Virus record (IMG/VR): IMGVR_UViG_3300035454_000688
Location: 12,544 to 76,543 of that record
Origin: a virus
Taxonomy: Duplodnaviria; Caudoviricetes
Length of the DNA: 64,000 nt
Reading direction: 5' to 3' (one strand)
Made by a program: the position numbers and the translations under genes. Positions 17,419-27,760 of this stretch are shown piece by piece (the stretch's first letter is position 1; each line of letters begins with the position of its first letter). Under the pieces are notes generated by a model, which saw nothing but the letters and a program-made list of their open reading frames with translations, did no database searches and was not told the origin of the DNA.

Positions 17419-19491
17419 TTAGAACTCCAGAATCAATTTGATTGTTTCAGTCTGATTGTTTGATCTTTGTATCGGCGCAAGGTTTTCAATATAGACTACC
17501 TCACCACTTCCTGGTACAAGCTCACCCTCGTATTTAGCTTCGACGGTAAACTGCGCTTCACTCGAATCGCCAGTTGCTACTTTGTTTGTGCCCCAGGTGT
17601 TCAGAACGTTGGTGACATATAAGAAGTCTGAATTGGCCACAGTCGTATCATCTACAGCTGCGTACAGTCTTGCAGAAGGTGTATCGTAAGGGGCCACAGC
17701 AGAGCTTTGAGTGACTAGCTCGTCCTGCTCGAACGTGCCCACAATCTTACCAGCAAATTTAGTCAGCTGAGAGAATGTAGAAAAGTTGTTCGTGACTCTT
17801 ACATCAGGGGTGGATCCACCACGAGAGATCTTGATTTGAGGGATACCTTCATCTGTATCTGCGATTGTAGTACAGAAAGACTCTTCTCCAATGAACTTTA
17901 AGCTCGATGATACATTAGACACATTTACGTTTGCCACATATATCACACCAGTCGAACTTGCGGAAATTATGCCGTAGGCCGATGCGTTGACTAATGAGAT
18001 CAGACAACCTTGGCTCGTGAATGAGGCATTCGCATCGATTGTAAGGTGAGTGTTGCTTACGATAGACACCACATTGCCGTATATGTTGCTCAGACCATCG
18101 CTAACAAGCAGCCTGTCTCCCACCGATAAGCTATCTTGGAATATAGTGCCGACACCTCTGATCGTTGAATCAGAGAATGTGTTGGCTGTCCCAGCAAGAC
18201 GAATGCTTGTATACTGAGATACACGCTCGTCAGGAAGAAAGTTTCCTATAGTGTTACCAGATGAGTAGGAGATCTCGACGTTAGCGAATAGAGGATTTCT
18301 AAGAAGGCCTACCTGCCTGTAATCGTTTTCTGTTCTGAGCTCAGGATTGACTCCTTCGTTCTCGATGAACTTAACTGCAACACCAGCGTAATTTGCTCCT
18401 AACTCAGAGAAGCAATTAGCTCCGTGACCATCGGGTGGTGACATAATAGCTCTCAGCGAAGCTGCAGCTGTCACACCTACTGTATCGGCTGGTCTAATAA
18501 TTGCTATAGCAGACTTGTATCCCGAGCCAGGATCCATCACTTCTACCTTGGTGATGGCGTTGCTCGATACACCGCTGACGATAGCTCTTGCAATACAATT
18601 TGCTATCTTCGTCCCACCAGTATCGAATACGTCTACAAAAGGATACACTTCAAAAGTATCATTCACGTCGATAACACCGTCGAACGGGTCATCGACCACA
18701 GCTATCTTCTGCGCTCCGACAGTATAAGCAGTAATAACTCTATACTCATCCTTGGCATCACCTGACGTGACTCTTAGCAGGCAGTTTTTATAAAAATCTG
18801 GAATGGTGCTAGCTGTCGAACCAAGGGCGTAGCGATACTCATCCCCGAGGACGCGAATATCTTCTGCCTTCTCAAAGTGAGCGACTAGGTAGTTGGCATA
18901 TCCCACACCACCATCTTCCACCTTGATTACTTCAATCGAACCAGGAGTAGCATTAGCTGTAACGGCCGCATTGGCAGCTACTGGCATATATTCGGTTGTA
19001 GCAAACTTACTCATAATTGTATTGTTTGCAGAATACATGTACTTCCAAAGATAGCCGTCTGACGTTTCGAAAGTGTCGTTGTCTGTTCCGGAAGGCTCAA
19101 CTGTTGAAGCTGTGCTGTAGTCGTTGAACAGACACTTGTATACGTGGTACTCGGCTCCTGCGTTTACAGTAGCATAGAATTGCTTGGTATGGAGAACCGC
19201 ATCCGTATCGTCGTACATAGCATAGGTAGTGCCAGCTGTCCAATCGTATCTTGGGATCATTGGCTTGATGTCTGTATTGGCAACTCTCTTACCAAACAAC
19301 ATATCATTATAGATGTTAATATAGTTGTTGACAACAGCATCGTTAGGCGTAGGAATAGGTGTTTCCCCACCCTCATATGGTGTATGCTTTGCAGCAAACA
19401 CATAGTAGGCCGATCCCATAGCAACATCATCGACAAAGTCGAGTGCTGTGGTTACGTTAAATCTTTTCGATACGATTTGTTTAGTGCTCAT
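17419..19491 (-). CDS. gp8: Baseplate wedge subunit gp8
   Basis: MIPRYDWTAGTTYAMYD, VYKCLFN, SDGYLWKYMY, C-terminal YIENLAPIQRSNNQTETIKLILEF. Confidence 0.85.
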   Translation of the reverse strand: MSTKQIVSKRFNVTTALDFVDDVAMGSAYYVFAAKHTPYEGGETPIPTPNDAVVNNYINIYNDMLFGKRVANTDIKPMIPRYDWTAGTTYAMYDDTDAVLHTKQFYATVNAGAEYHVYKCLFNDYSTASTVEPSGTDNDTFETSDGYLWKYMYSANNTIMSKFATTEYMPVAANAAVTANATPGSIEVIKVEDGGVGYANYLVAHFEKAEDIRVLGDEYRYALGSTASTIPDFYKNCLLRVTSGDAKDEYRVITAYTVGAQKIAVVDDPFDGVIDVNDTFEVYPFVDVFDTGGTKIANCIARAIVSGVSSNAITKVEVMDPGSGYKSAIAIIRPADTVGVTAAASLRAIMSPPDGHGANCFSELGANYAGVAVKFIENEGVNPELRTENDYRQVGLLRNPLFANVEISYSSGNTIGNFLPDERVSQYTSIRLAGTANTFSDSTIRGVGTIFQDSLSVGDRLLVSDGLSNIYGNVVSIVSNTHLTIDANASFTSQGCLISLVNASAYGIISASSTGVIYVANVNVSNVSSSLKFIGEESFCTTIADTDEGIPQIKISRGGSTPDVRVTNNFSTFSQLTKFAGKIVGTFEQDELVTQSSAVAPYDTPSARLYAAVDDTTVANSDFLYVTNVLNTWGTNKVATGDSSEAQFTVEAKYEGELVPGSGEVVYIENLAPIQRSNNQTETIKLILEF

Positions 19492-19519
19492 AGGATATAT
19501 TTATGTCTCGTTAGAACAA

Positions 19520-22500
19520 TTACGTAATATTTATCTCGGATGCAGCATAGCTCACATTCGCTACGATCTTATCTTCTAGTACAACACCACCGAAGAATCT
19601 TGTTCCCGCAGTATGCATGACTTTCTTAAACATGTCCGCATAGCGCGCTAATGGAATACGCGAAAGAACTTCGTACGAATACTCTTGGTAGTAGTCGCCA
19701 TCCTGAACCTTTGCAGTCGAGCTCAGCTGACCCTTTGTGTCTTTATAATAGCCAGCTCCTGTGCCCATGCCGGATACATTCGCTACCGCTACACCAGCTC
19801 TTGTACCATCTGCAGATACGTAGGTCAATTCCTCACCGTTTCTGTATCCAAGACCTGAGTCTGATACTTCAATTCCAGTTACGGATCCGTTTGCAGTAAC
19901 AGTATTAGCGATCACATTAGCATTCAGACCAATAGGAAGGACTGTATCATCTTCTCTTATACCTACGATTGTCGCAGTGGCTCCTGACAACTGACCCGTA
20001 ACAGTAAGGGTTGGCTGGAATAGATTATCGAACTGAATACGCTTGACCTTAAGGTGGGTAGTATTTGAGTCCTTGATAATGCCTTTTGCTGTTGACGTTA
20101 TAGCCGAGTTGGTAGATACTGAACTTATGGTTCCAGAGAAAGAACTATTAGAAGCTGACTTGAGAGTATCTGAAGTAGCAAAAGTGCCACCTACATCTTT
20201 GACAATAATTGTATTGGCGCTCGCTTGGACGGTATCAATAATACCATTTGCAGTTGATGTAGCCAGCGTGGATCCAACATACACTTTTTCACCCGCTGCA
20301 AGACCAGTCTCATCATCAAGTATGAGAGTAGTCTTAGACAGAAGTGTGTTGGTTTGAAGAAGGCGCTCGCCTACTATGAACGGTCGTTCGTTACCATCCG
20401 TAATCTCCATGATAAAGTCTCCTTTACCAAACCCACTGAGGTATGGTTGATCGACAATAACATAAGGATCGACTGTATACCCAGCACCTGGGTTGATTTC
20501 TGTAATTCTTGCAATCGTACCAATGGTGAAGGCATCGAAGTTCAAACAGTCAAAGATTACCGAAGCCGAGTTGCCAGCTGGATTCTTATCAAAACCATAC
20601 TCGGCATTATTGATAGGAATAGTCATAAATGCTTGACTAACAGCATTTGTAAATGTTCCGTTACCAGCTAGTCTATCAGTATTGAGATAGATTGTTTCTG
20701 AATCAGAGATCGAGCCAACTTCGAAGTTAGCACCGGTGCCTGCAGATACAGCAACTACGTTAGCGATTGTTCCTGTATTGCTTGTGAAGATAGGAGCGCT
20801 ATACGCATTGGTAAACGTATTCGAAACACTATACAAGCCCACAGTGAGATCGATGTTGGTAATTGTAGCCTGAGCTGTAGACGAACGTACTCTCAAAGGT
20901 AACGAAGCACTGGCCTTGAACACACCCTTAAGGTTGTGCGCTTCTATTAAACCTGTTACACCCGAGATGGATGTTGTGAGGATATCGGCGTTAGCTACTT
21001 CTACACCTTGGGCGTCTAATTGATATACCACCGCATCCTTAGCAAACGTCCCTGATATAGCAGTCAGCGATAGGTTGGCAGAAGATGGTCGACCCATTAT
21101 AGTTGCAGTGGCAGATGTATTTGTCACAGCTGCAACGTTTGCTGTCACTGCTGTATTAGATGCCAATACAATAGTGTTGGATGTCCCAAGCAATCCGTTG
21201 TTCGATACAGAGATAGTCAAGACACCGTTAGTGCTTGTACCAACTTCGTTATTGATAATGGTTCCGAACGCAAGATTAGCAGTGCCGTTGCTGACCCAGA
21301 TAGCTTCTCCAGCAACAAAGCCATTCTTGTTTACCGCTGTATCATATGCAACGTTAGCAAGTCTCTGCGTGAGTTTCTCAAAATACTTGAAGTACGATGG
21401 GTTGGCTTTTGTAGTAGCCTGAATAGAAGCTGACGAGCCAGCCGATGTAGTAATACTAACAGTCGGACTCGATGTAAAGAAGCCGGCGCCAGGATTGGTA
21501 ATATTGATGTTAGTGATGACACCGCTTGCATCTGTATTGACCGTAGCTGTACAGTTTGTATATGCTGACTGCACTGTGATAATGTCGGTGTTGTCATACC
21601 CCGTACCACCGCTGGTGATTACGAAGCCTGCAATAGTGTTTGATGTCACCACATTGCTGAGAGTCAGCACCTTAGTCGACACAATAACTTGTGATCGCTT
21701 TGCTAGCTCAGATTCTGAGAAGTCTGCTGTAGGAGCAGTTACTGTATATCCCCAACCACCCTCGAATAGTTCGAAGTCTACGACACCCGTTTTATTACTG
21801 ATGCTTGATATGCGGCCAGTCGCCTCTGATCCACGAGTAGATGTGAAGGTCACGAGGTCACCCACAGAGAATAACCTCGAACCACCGGTTACAGTAAGTC
21901 CTGTTAAAGATCCTACTACCTTTGGCAGATCATAGAATACCTGATCATCTCGAAGAGGTTCGCCGTTTATAAAATCGCCTGACACATTCGAGATGTAGAG
22001 CACATAGACGAATCCGTCCTTGACTCTTCTTTTGATATACTTCTCGACGAATGCACTGGCCCCTGACTGCACACCAGTGATCTGCTTACCCACAAGGTCG
22101 ATAGTTCTAGTTGAATTAGTGATCTCAATATACTGAGGCTTATACCATTGCGCGCCAGAAAGACGCATAAGGTCCTCACCTGGGTAGTAAACGGTAGCAG
22201 AGGCACCATAGATTAACTTAAAGAAAAGGTCGACAGAGCGCTCTGTGCCCTTTGATCTATACAAGTCAAACGAGTTCTTGACAAGAAGTCTTTTATTCGT
22301 GTTGGTATCAAACTCGATGTTCTTCAGATACTGTTCTTTAAAGTGAACAATAAACTGATCCAGAGTTCTATCTACATCACGAAGATCAAATAACTTACGA
22401 GCATAATAGATCGGGTTGATCTTAAATTGCTTTTCTACAAATGTGTTACCACCAGATGATGTAGAAATTGGGAGGTATTCGTCACACTGAATATTACATC

Positions 22501-22759
22501 TGAAGGCGTCATAGCCATTAACAGACACAAGAACATTGTTACCTTCTACAGCAACAACGCTACCAGTTGTATTTCCTTGGCTTACAACATCACCAACTAC
22601 GATGTTTGTATTAGAAGTAACCTCTAGCTGTTGGTGGTTTGATTCGAGCCATTCGTAATACGCTTCAACAAACGTAACGAAGTCTTCCCCTTCATCCAAA
22701 TAGAATGAAGGGAACATTGATTTGATAAGTGGAGAAATCTTACTTTGAACGTCTCTCAT
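19520..22759 (-). CDS. gp7: Baseplate wedge initiator gp7-like
   Basis: FVTFVEAYYEWLE, LYRSKGTERSVDLFFKLIYG, C-terminal QDGDYYQEYSYEV...KKVMHTAG; lies between gp6 and gp8. Confidence 0.8.
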   Translation of the reverse strand: MRDVQSKISPLIKSMFPSFYLDEGEDFVTFVEAYYEWLESNHQQLEVTSNTNIVVGDVVSQGNTTGSVVAVEGNNVLVSVNGYDAFRCNIQCDEYLPISTSSGGNTFVEKQFKINPIYYARKLFDLRDVDRTLDQFIVHFKEQYLKNIEFDTNTNKRLLVKNSFDLYRSKGTERSVDLFFKLIYGASATVYYPGEDLMRLSGAQWYKPQYIEITNSTRTIDLVGKQITGVQSGASAFVEKYIKRRVKDGFVYVLYISNVSGDFINGEPLRDDQVFYDLPKVVGSLTGLTVTGGSRLFSVGDLVTFTSTRGSEATGRISSISNKTGVVDFELFEGGWGYTVTAPTADFSESELAKRSQVIVSTKVLTLSNVVTSNTIAGFVITSGGTGYDNTDIITVQSAYTNCTATVNTDASGVITNINITNPGAGFFTSSPTVSITTSAGSSASIQATTKANPSYFKYFEKLTQRLANVAYDTAVNKNGFVAGEAIWVSNGTANLAFGTIINNEVGTSTNGVLTISVSNNGLLGTSNTIVLASNTAVTANVAAVTNTSATATIMGRPSSANLSLTAISGTFAKDAVVYQLDAQGVEVANADILTTSISGVTGLIEAHNLKGVFKASASLPLRVRSSTAQATITNIDLTVGLYSVSNTFTNAYSAPIFTSNTGTIANVVAVSAGTGANFEVGSISDSETIYLNTDRLAGNGTFTNAVSQAFMTIPINNAEYGFDKNPAGNSASVIFDCLNFDAFTIGTIARITEINPGAGYTVDPYVIVDQPYLSGFGKGDFIMEITDGNERPFIVGERLLQTNTLLSKTTLILDDETGLAAGEKVYVGSTLATSTANGIIDTVQASANTIIVKDVGGTFATSDTLKSASNSSFSGTISSVSTNSAITSTAKGIIKDSNTTHLKVKRIQFDNLFQPTLTVTGQLSGATATIVGIREDDTVLPIGLNANVIANTVTANGSVTGIEVSDSGLGYRNGEELTYVSADGTRAGVAVANVSGMGTGAGYYKDTKGQLSSTAKVQDGDYYQEYSYEVLSRIPLARYADMFKKVMHTAGTRFFGGVVLEDKIVANVSYAASEINIT

Positions 22760-22762
22760 TTA

Positions 22763-24544
22763 TTATCCACTCACGCCTAGAACTGTAAGAGCAATATCAT
22801 CTTCGACAATATTGATAATAACATTGTTGACCACACTGATATCTTTATTACGTGGCTCAGCCTTTACCTTGATCCCTATACCCTCGTAAGCAGAGATGTT
22901 GAAGTTGGCAAGCTGAACAAGGCCCGAATCATAATCGACCGTTCCAATGTTTGTAATAATATTACCCGTTGTAGAAACAATATTAATAACACCAAGGCCG
23001 TCATCCTGGAGAGTTGCACGCTCTCCGTTGAATGTGAATCTTGAAGATGTGATCGAATATCCACCCTTTGATAGCGACTGAGTGGTATCAAGAGCCGTCT
23101 GGAAGTTAATATCCAGCGTGTTATTGACACTCAGCTGAGGAGTGATGATCTTGATAACTTTAATATTGGTTTCGTTCGACACAATAGCAACCTGTGAGTT
23201 GTCGATTGCTTCTACAACATTCGAATAACGGAACACTCTATTAAAGTTGTTCAGGTTAGCCGCGGCATACTTAGTGATGGCTGCCGATACAAGAGTTCTG
23301 ATATCTTCCGAAGACAACTTCGTAACATTGACGTTATAACGTACAGTAGATGTCAGACCAATGTATGTATACTCTGGGTTTACGAATACAGGATCGATCG
23401 ATACAGGAGATCTTGGCTTAAGGAATCGGTAATACTGATCCTTCTTGGTCTCCGGGATACCATCTACTTCCTTAAGGTCAACAGCAACGAACACCTTACC
23501 GTATTGAGGAGGATTAAGATCTTCCCCGCCGTATGCAGAAACAGCGTTGACTTCTGTAAAGTTTAGCTTTAGAAGGTTCTCATAGTCCTCTGTGGTGACA
23601 GCTCGCTCTTGAGTCGTGAAGTGACGAGGAGCATTGTACTTGATCTCTTCGATAGACTCAGATACAGAACCCATCGCTGCTGGCGTATTAACAGTCACAA
23701 GGATGTTGGACTCGCCGTCAATTGTAGTGTCTGCTTTGAATACATTACATCCGTTAGGAAGCTGACCGTTAGAGATTCTATATTCAATAGAAACAATTGA
23801 GTTGTCTTTTGGAGGACGTCCAGTAACACCATCACCGAATACTATCTCATACGAATCATTCTCACAAGGCTGAACAAAGAATACCTTGGAGTTCTGATCG
23901 ATATTGAATAATGATGTGGCTCTTGTATATGTCTGAATAGTAGCGCCAACATCTTCAATGACGGTAACAGCAATAGAAGAGATATCACAGTTTCTGTTTG
24001 TGATAATAAATCTCTGAGTAGCATCTGCTGTATAGGTAAATGTATCGTTTACAAAGTAGCCTTCGTATAGAGAGATACCCGAACCAAGGAACGTAATAGT
24101 ATTATTGCTATTAACAGTATAATCAGATACAACAACACTCTCGTTTACAGTGAAGGTATAAGTTCTATTGCTGAATCTTGAAGTGAATGTCGTGCCACGT
24201 GGGATCGGAATAGATCTCTTTGCCGTATCAGAAGAAGTGACGATAATGTTAACATTAGCCTCAGCTGACTTAAATGAGCGAGGGGTGTAGTTAAGTTCCT
24301 TGGCGTGAGATACAACGGAGTCGCGGATCTGAGCTGTGTCCAAGAACATTTCAGATGCCACCATGTTCAGATAGAACATATTGTGGAAAGTGTTATAAGA
24401 CAGAACATCCAGAAGGACGCTCATATTGGATCCCTCGAAGTCATAGTCCTGGAAACGCGCCTGCGACTTCAGATACTGCTTAAGAGTATTCTTGTGTGTG
24501 TCAAAGTCGATGTTTGACAGAATGATTGATGAATTAGCGGCCAT
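22763..24544 (-). CDS. gp6: Baseplate wedge subunit gp6
   Basis: DFDTHKNTLKQYL..FQDYDFEGSNMSVLLDVLSYNT, QERAVTTEDY, PPQYGKVF. Confidence 0.9.
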   Translation of the reverse strand: MAANSSIILSNIDFDTHKNTLKQYLKSQARFQDYDFEGSNMSVLLDVLSYNTFHNMFYLNMVASEMFLDTAQIRDSVVSHAKELNYTPRSFKSAEANVNIIVTSSDTAKRSIPIPRGTTFTSRFSNRTYTFTVNESVVVSDYTVNSNNTITFLGSGISLYEGYFVNDTFTYTADATQRFIITNRNCDISSIAVTVIEDVGATIQTYTRATSLFNIDQNSKVFFVQPCENDSYEIVFGDGVTGRPPKDNSIVSIEYRISNGQLPNGCNVFKADTTIDGESNILVTVNTPAAMGSVSESIEEIKYNAPRHFTTQERAVTTEDYENLLKLNFTEVNAVSAYGGEDLNPPQYGKVFVAVDLKEVDGIPETKKDQYYRFLKPRSPVSIDPVFVNPEYTYIGLTSTVRYNVNVTKLSSEDIRTLVSAAITKYAAANLNNFNRVFRYSNVVEAIDNSQVAIVSNETNIKVIKIITPQLSVNNTLDINFQTALDTTQSLSKGGYSITSSRFTFNGERATLQDDGLGVINIVSTTGNIITNIGTVDYDSGLVQLANFNISAYEGIGIKVKAEPRNKDISVVNNVIINIVEDDIALTVLGVSG

Positions 24545-24963
24545 TATCGTACTCTTTGCAGGGTGACATTAACTGAAATAGGGTCTGGTTTATTTATCAA
24601 CATATAGACAATGGTAATAACATAACGGTTAGTGTCCTCATATGGAATAACCTGAACCTGAATGATCTTCGCTCTGGGCTCGTACTTTGTTACGGCATCC
24701 TCGATAATCTTTCTCAGAGCATTGGCCGTGAACGTGGACATTGGCTCGAACAGCATCGCTCTAATATCTGAACCAATGTCGGGCTGATACAGACGCTCGC
24801 CTTTATTTGTCAGAATGATATTACGGATGGATCTAGTGACAGCTTTCTCATTTGCAAAACGCAACAGGATACCAGACACGGGATGTGGGTTGAGATTGAC
24901 GAGGAAATCTGAATAGATCTCATCCTGGGTCGTTAATTCTGTGAACCTATCGGCGCGTGCCAT
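24544..24963 (-). CDS. gp25: Baseplate wedge subunit gp25
   Basis: AVTRSIRNIILTNKGERLYQPDIGS..LFEP..YEPRAK; adjacent to gp6. Confidence 0.9.
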   Translation of the reverse strand: MARADRFTELTTQDEIYSDFLVNLNPHPVSGILLRFANEKAVTRSIRNIILTNKGERLYQPDIGSDIRAMLFEPMSTFTANALRKIIEDAVTKYEPRAKIIQVQVIPYEDTNRYVITIVYMLINKPDPISVNVTLQRVR

Positions 24964-24973
24964 TTATTTTACC

Positions 24974-25579
24974 TTATGTTTCGTTCTTGTATACGTCTGC
25001 TGCAGCACTTATCGCCGCCTCTGCTTTATCGACCGAAGCAATAAATGCATCGGGCGAGGATGTGTCGATTTTGTCAATAGTGTTTCCAGCATCGATTATA
25101 GCTAGAAGCCCTGCTTGCGAGCCCTCGATCTCTTGTAGTGCGCTGTTCACCAAGTTGTTTACTTCACCCTTTATTTGATTAAGAGTTTCGTCTTTGATTT
25201 CAATAGCACACTGAGGGAGACTCTTTGAGGCTTCTTCGATAGCTGCAATTACATTAAGGATAGCTCCAGCAAGTTTAATTAACTTCTTGGTGTACTTAAT
25301 ATGAGCCTGTAGCTGAGGTGTGACCAATCCTGTAACGAACTTAGATATCCACTTAACAATCTCGACAGGGTTAGGTCCTGGCAATTGAAGTATTGGCAAT
25401 ATCTTCGCAAGCAGTTCCTTTTGTTCATCTTGAATATCTTTGAATAGGTCTTGAATGCTACCAAGATGCTCTTCAATAACCAGCTTTATAACTTCACAGT
25501 CAGAGTTATAACGAATCTGATCAGCCAGTTCGTTAATATGTCTTGTGTTGATGTCTAGTTCTTTTGCTGATACTCCCAT
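24974..25579 (-). CDS. Hypothetical helical protein between gp5 and gp25
   Basis: 201 aa ORF co-oriented in the operon; no recognisable motif. Confidence 0.6.
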   Translation of the reverse strand: MGVSAKELDINTRHINELADQIRYNSDCEVIKLVIEEHLGSIQDLFKDIQDEQKELLAKILPILQLPGPNPVEIVKWISKFVTGLVTPQLQAHIKYTKKLIKLAGAILNVIAAIEEASKSLPQCAIEIKDETLNQIKGEVNNLVNSALQEIEGSQAGLLAIIDAGNTIDKIDTSSPDAFIASVDKAEAAISAAADVYKNET

Positions 25580-25589
25580 AATATGTTCC

Positions 25590-26396
25590 TTAAGATATGT
25601 TTACAACAACGCCATTGAGCACTTCAACGACCTTGCCTGTAGGTGTTGTGAATGTTCCCGATACACCAACTGCAGAAGAGATAGCGCCCTTGACCATTAA
25701 ACTACCTTCTGTGATAGTAACGCCACCAGGAGCTCCCATCTTGATGCCTTTGCGAGCTGCAATAGTCACATTGTTTTCAGAAACAATATCAACATCGCCC
25801 TTGGCATAGACTGTCTTCACTCCACCAACAACATCAATAGAATCAGATGGAGCCTTAATGACCATACGACCATCATTATTTATTTCAATATATGCACCAG
25901 AGCTGTGATAGATATTGATGCGGGCGTTCTCAGGAGTGTCATCCAACTCAATGACATGACCACCCTTAGTAGTGATCGTTCTGTTATATGGATACTGAGC
26001 GGCGTATGCAGAGGCTGGTTCTGGTCCTAGTATATCTCTTGAGATTGTGTTCTTGCCTCTATGGAGCCAGGAAAGAGAGTGTCTATTATTATCATTACCA
26101 GGAATAGTAGGAAAGGATCCTAGGATCATTGGCATCTGCTTCTCGTTGCCATCCATATAAAAGCCAACGACACGAGATCCAACAGCAAGGTTAGGAGTAT
26201 CCCCTACTCCATCAACACAAGCAGAACTTGAAGGCATCATGACATGAGCCCAATCCATGTCTCCTGTCTCTACACCCTCATCATGTTCGTTTATGATACG
26301 AACCTTGGCTCGACCAAGTAGCATAGGATCCTGAATATCTTCGACCACACCGAGCCACCAGCGGAAGCCTTCTTCGCCCATTTGTTGCGTAGTCAT
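25590..26396 (-). CDS. gp5: Baseplate central spike gp5 (OB fold + beta-helix, no lysozyme domain)
   Basis: WWLGVVEDIQDPMLLGRAKVRI, VVGFYMDGNEKQMPMILG, YPYN...GHVIELDDTPENARI. Confidence 0.85.
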   Translation of the reverse strand: MTTQQMGEEGFRWWLGVVEDIQDPMLLGRAKVRIINEHDEGVETGDMDWAHVMMPSSSACVDGVGDTPNLAVGSRVVGFYMDGNEKQMPMILGSFPTIPGNDNNRHSLSWLHRGKNTISRDILGPEPASAYAAQYPYNRTITTKGGHVIELDDTPENARINIYHSSGAYIEINNDGRMVIKAPSDSIDVVGGVKTVYAKGDVDIVSENNVTIAARKGIKMGAPGGVTITEGSLMVKGAISSAVGVSGTFTTPTGKVVEVLNGVVVNIS

Positions 26397-27760
26397 GATG
26401 TAACCTCTTGCAGATCTGTTTTAATTAATTCGAGCGCCTGAGTATATTGGGGACGGTCGCTATTCAATACAATATGTCTTACCTTGGCAACCAGATAGTT
26501 ACCACTGTCTAGTCTTGATTCACCAGCAGTATCCTTTGCATCCGAACCAGCGGGGAATCTACATTCAATCATGTCTCCGATATTAATTGTAGAGTCACCA
26601 TAGATATGGATCTGTACAATATTCTGAGAGAGCTTCTGTGCAAATGCTCTTACCTTAGACAGCTTCCCTGCCATATCAACTTCGGGCTTGTCCGATCTCA
26701 TGGGGAAGATCTTGGCGACAGTTGTTGTTCTACCATGGTTTGAGGTGAATGAGGTCGTCTTTGAAGACGCACCAGTAGATGAAGAAGACTTAAATTTGTC
26801 TGCACCTTCGTTATCTGTATACGTAACCTTTGTGACATCGCCAGTAATCAGATCGAATTGTTGAACCTGATTGTTTAGTCCACCAGCTTTAATCTGAGAA
26901 ATAGTATCAGCGAACTGCATTTGATTGTATGCGAGGATATTTCTTGTGGTGACATTCTTTGCATCATCCTTCCTCGACGCATCAAAGAAGAAGATTTTAT
27001 CAGAGTTACCTGCCTCAATAGTCTTCGCTCCCTCTTCCATTAACTGTTCGATAGTAACGAAATGGAATCCTTTTCTATTTTCATAAAAACAGAACGAAGA
27101 AGATTCGTATCTACTAGATACAGCTCTCTGTCTAATAAAGTCAATTGCCTGTAGTGGTGCATATCTAGTTATTAATACATCCAGGATCCCACTAGTGGGA
27201 GCAATATTAATAGGCTTCTGAGAAGGAAGAAACTCCTCGAATACTCTCTTGATAATATTATCTGCTGTGTCGCTATCTTTTACGTTGACTAATTGCTTAG
27301 AGTTGTGTATAAGCTCTGCAGAGACACATTGTAATGTATAGGTAATTTTATTAGTCGACTCAGCAACTTTCTTATCCTTGACACTGTTGACACGGAATAG
27401 GAACGTTGCAGGCTCTCCCTTTAACTTAGGAGTGCTGAATTGCAGCTTGATATATTCTTCCCCGATGATAGGGAAAGACTGAAGCAGACCCATGCTATCA
27501 GAGATAACGATCTCTGCAAACATTACCGGGGACATAATACTTTCGTATACATCGAACCCTACACATTGCTTCATTAGAGAATAAACACGATCTTGGTTCT
27601 CTGACATCAGAACAATATCAGTCAGCGTGACATCCCCTGGCTGATAATCTGAAGGGGTTTTGGCGTTCGCTCCGTCCAGGAACGCACCCGCCACTGCCGA
27701 AGCTATTGCTCCGAACAGAGATTTCTCTACACTTTCAAAGAGGTTTTTAATTAAGCTCAT
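26393..27760 (-). CDS. Baseplate hub / tail protein (gp27-like position)
   Basis: YESIMSP..ISDS.GLLQSFPIIGEE..., FCFYENRKGFHFVTIE, GNYLVAKVRH; lies between gp53 and gp5. Confidence 0.65.
   Translation of the reverse strand: MSLIKNLFESVEKSLFGAIASAVAGAFLDGANAKTPSDYQPGDVTLTDIVLMSENQDRVYSLMKQCVGFDVYESIMSPVMFAEIVISDSMGLLQSFPIIGEEYIKLQFSTPKLKGEPATFLFRVNSVKDKKVAESTNKITYTLQCVSAELIHNSKQLVNVKDSDTADNIIKRVFEEFLPSQKPINIAPTSGILDVLITRYAPLQAIDFIRQRAVSSRYESSSFCFYENRKGFHFVTIEQLMEEGAKTIEAGNSDKIFFFDASRKDDAKNVTTRNILAYNQMQFADTISQIKAGGLNNQVQQFDLITGDVTKVTYTDNEGADKFKSSSSTGASSKTTSFTSNHGRTTTVAKIFPMRSDKPEVDMAGKLSKVRAFAQKLSQNIVQIHIYGDSTINIGDMIECRFPAGSDAKDTAGESRLDSGNYLVAKVRHIVLNSDRPQYTQALELIKTDLQEVTS

Noticed and set aside
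4717-24517. Many plus-strand ORFs of 60-146 aa opposite the structural genes
   Set aside because: Antisense shadows caused by biased codon usage; no RBS, motifs or operon logic.
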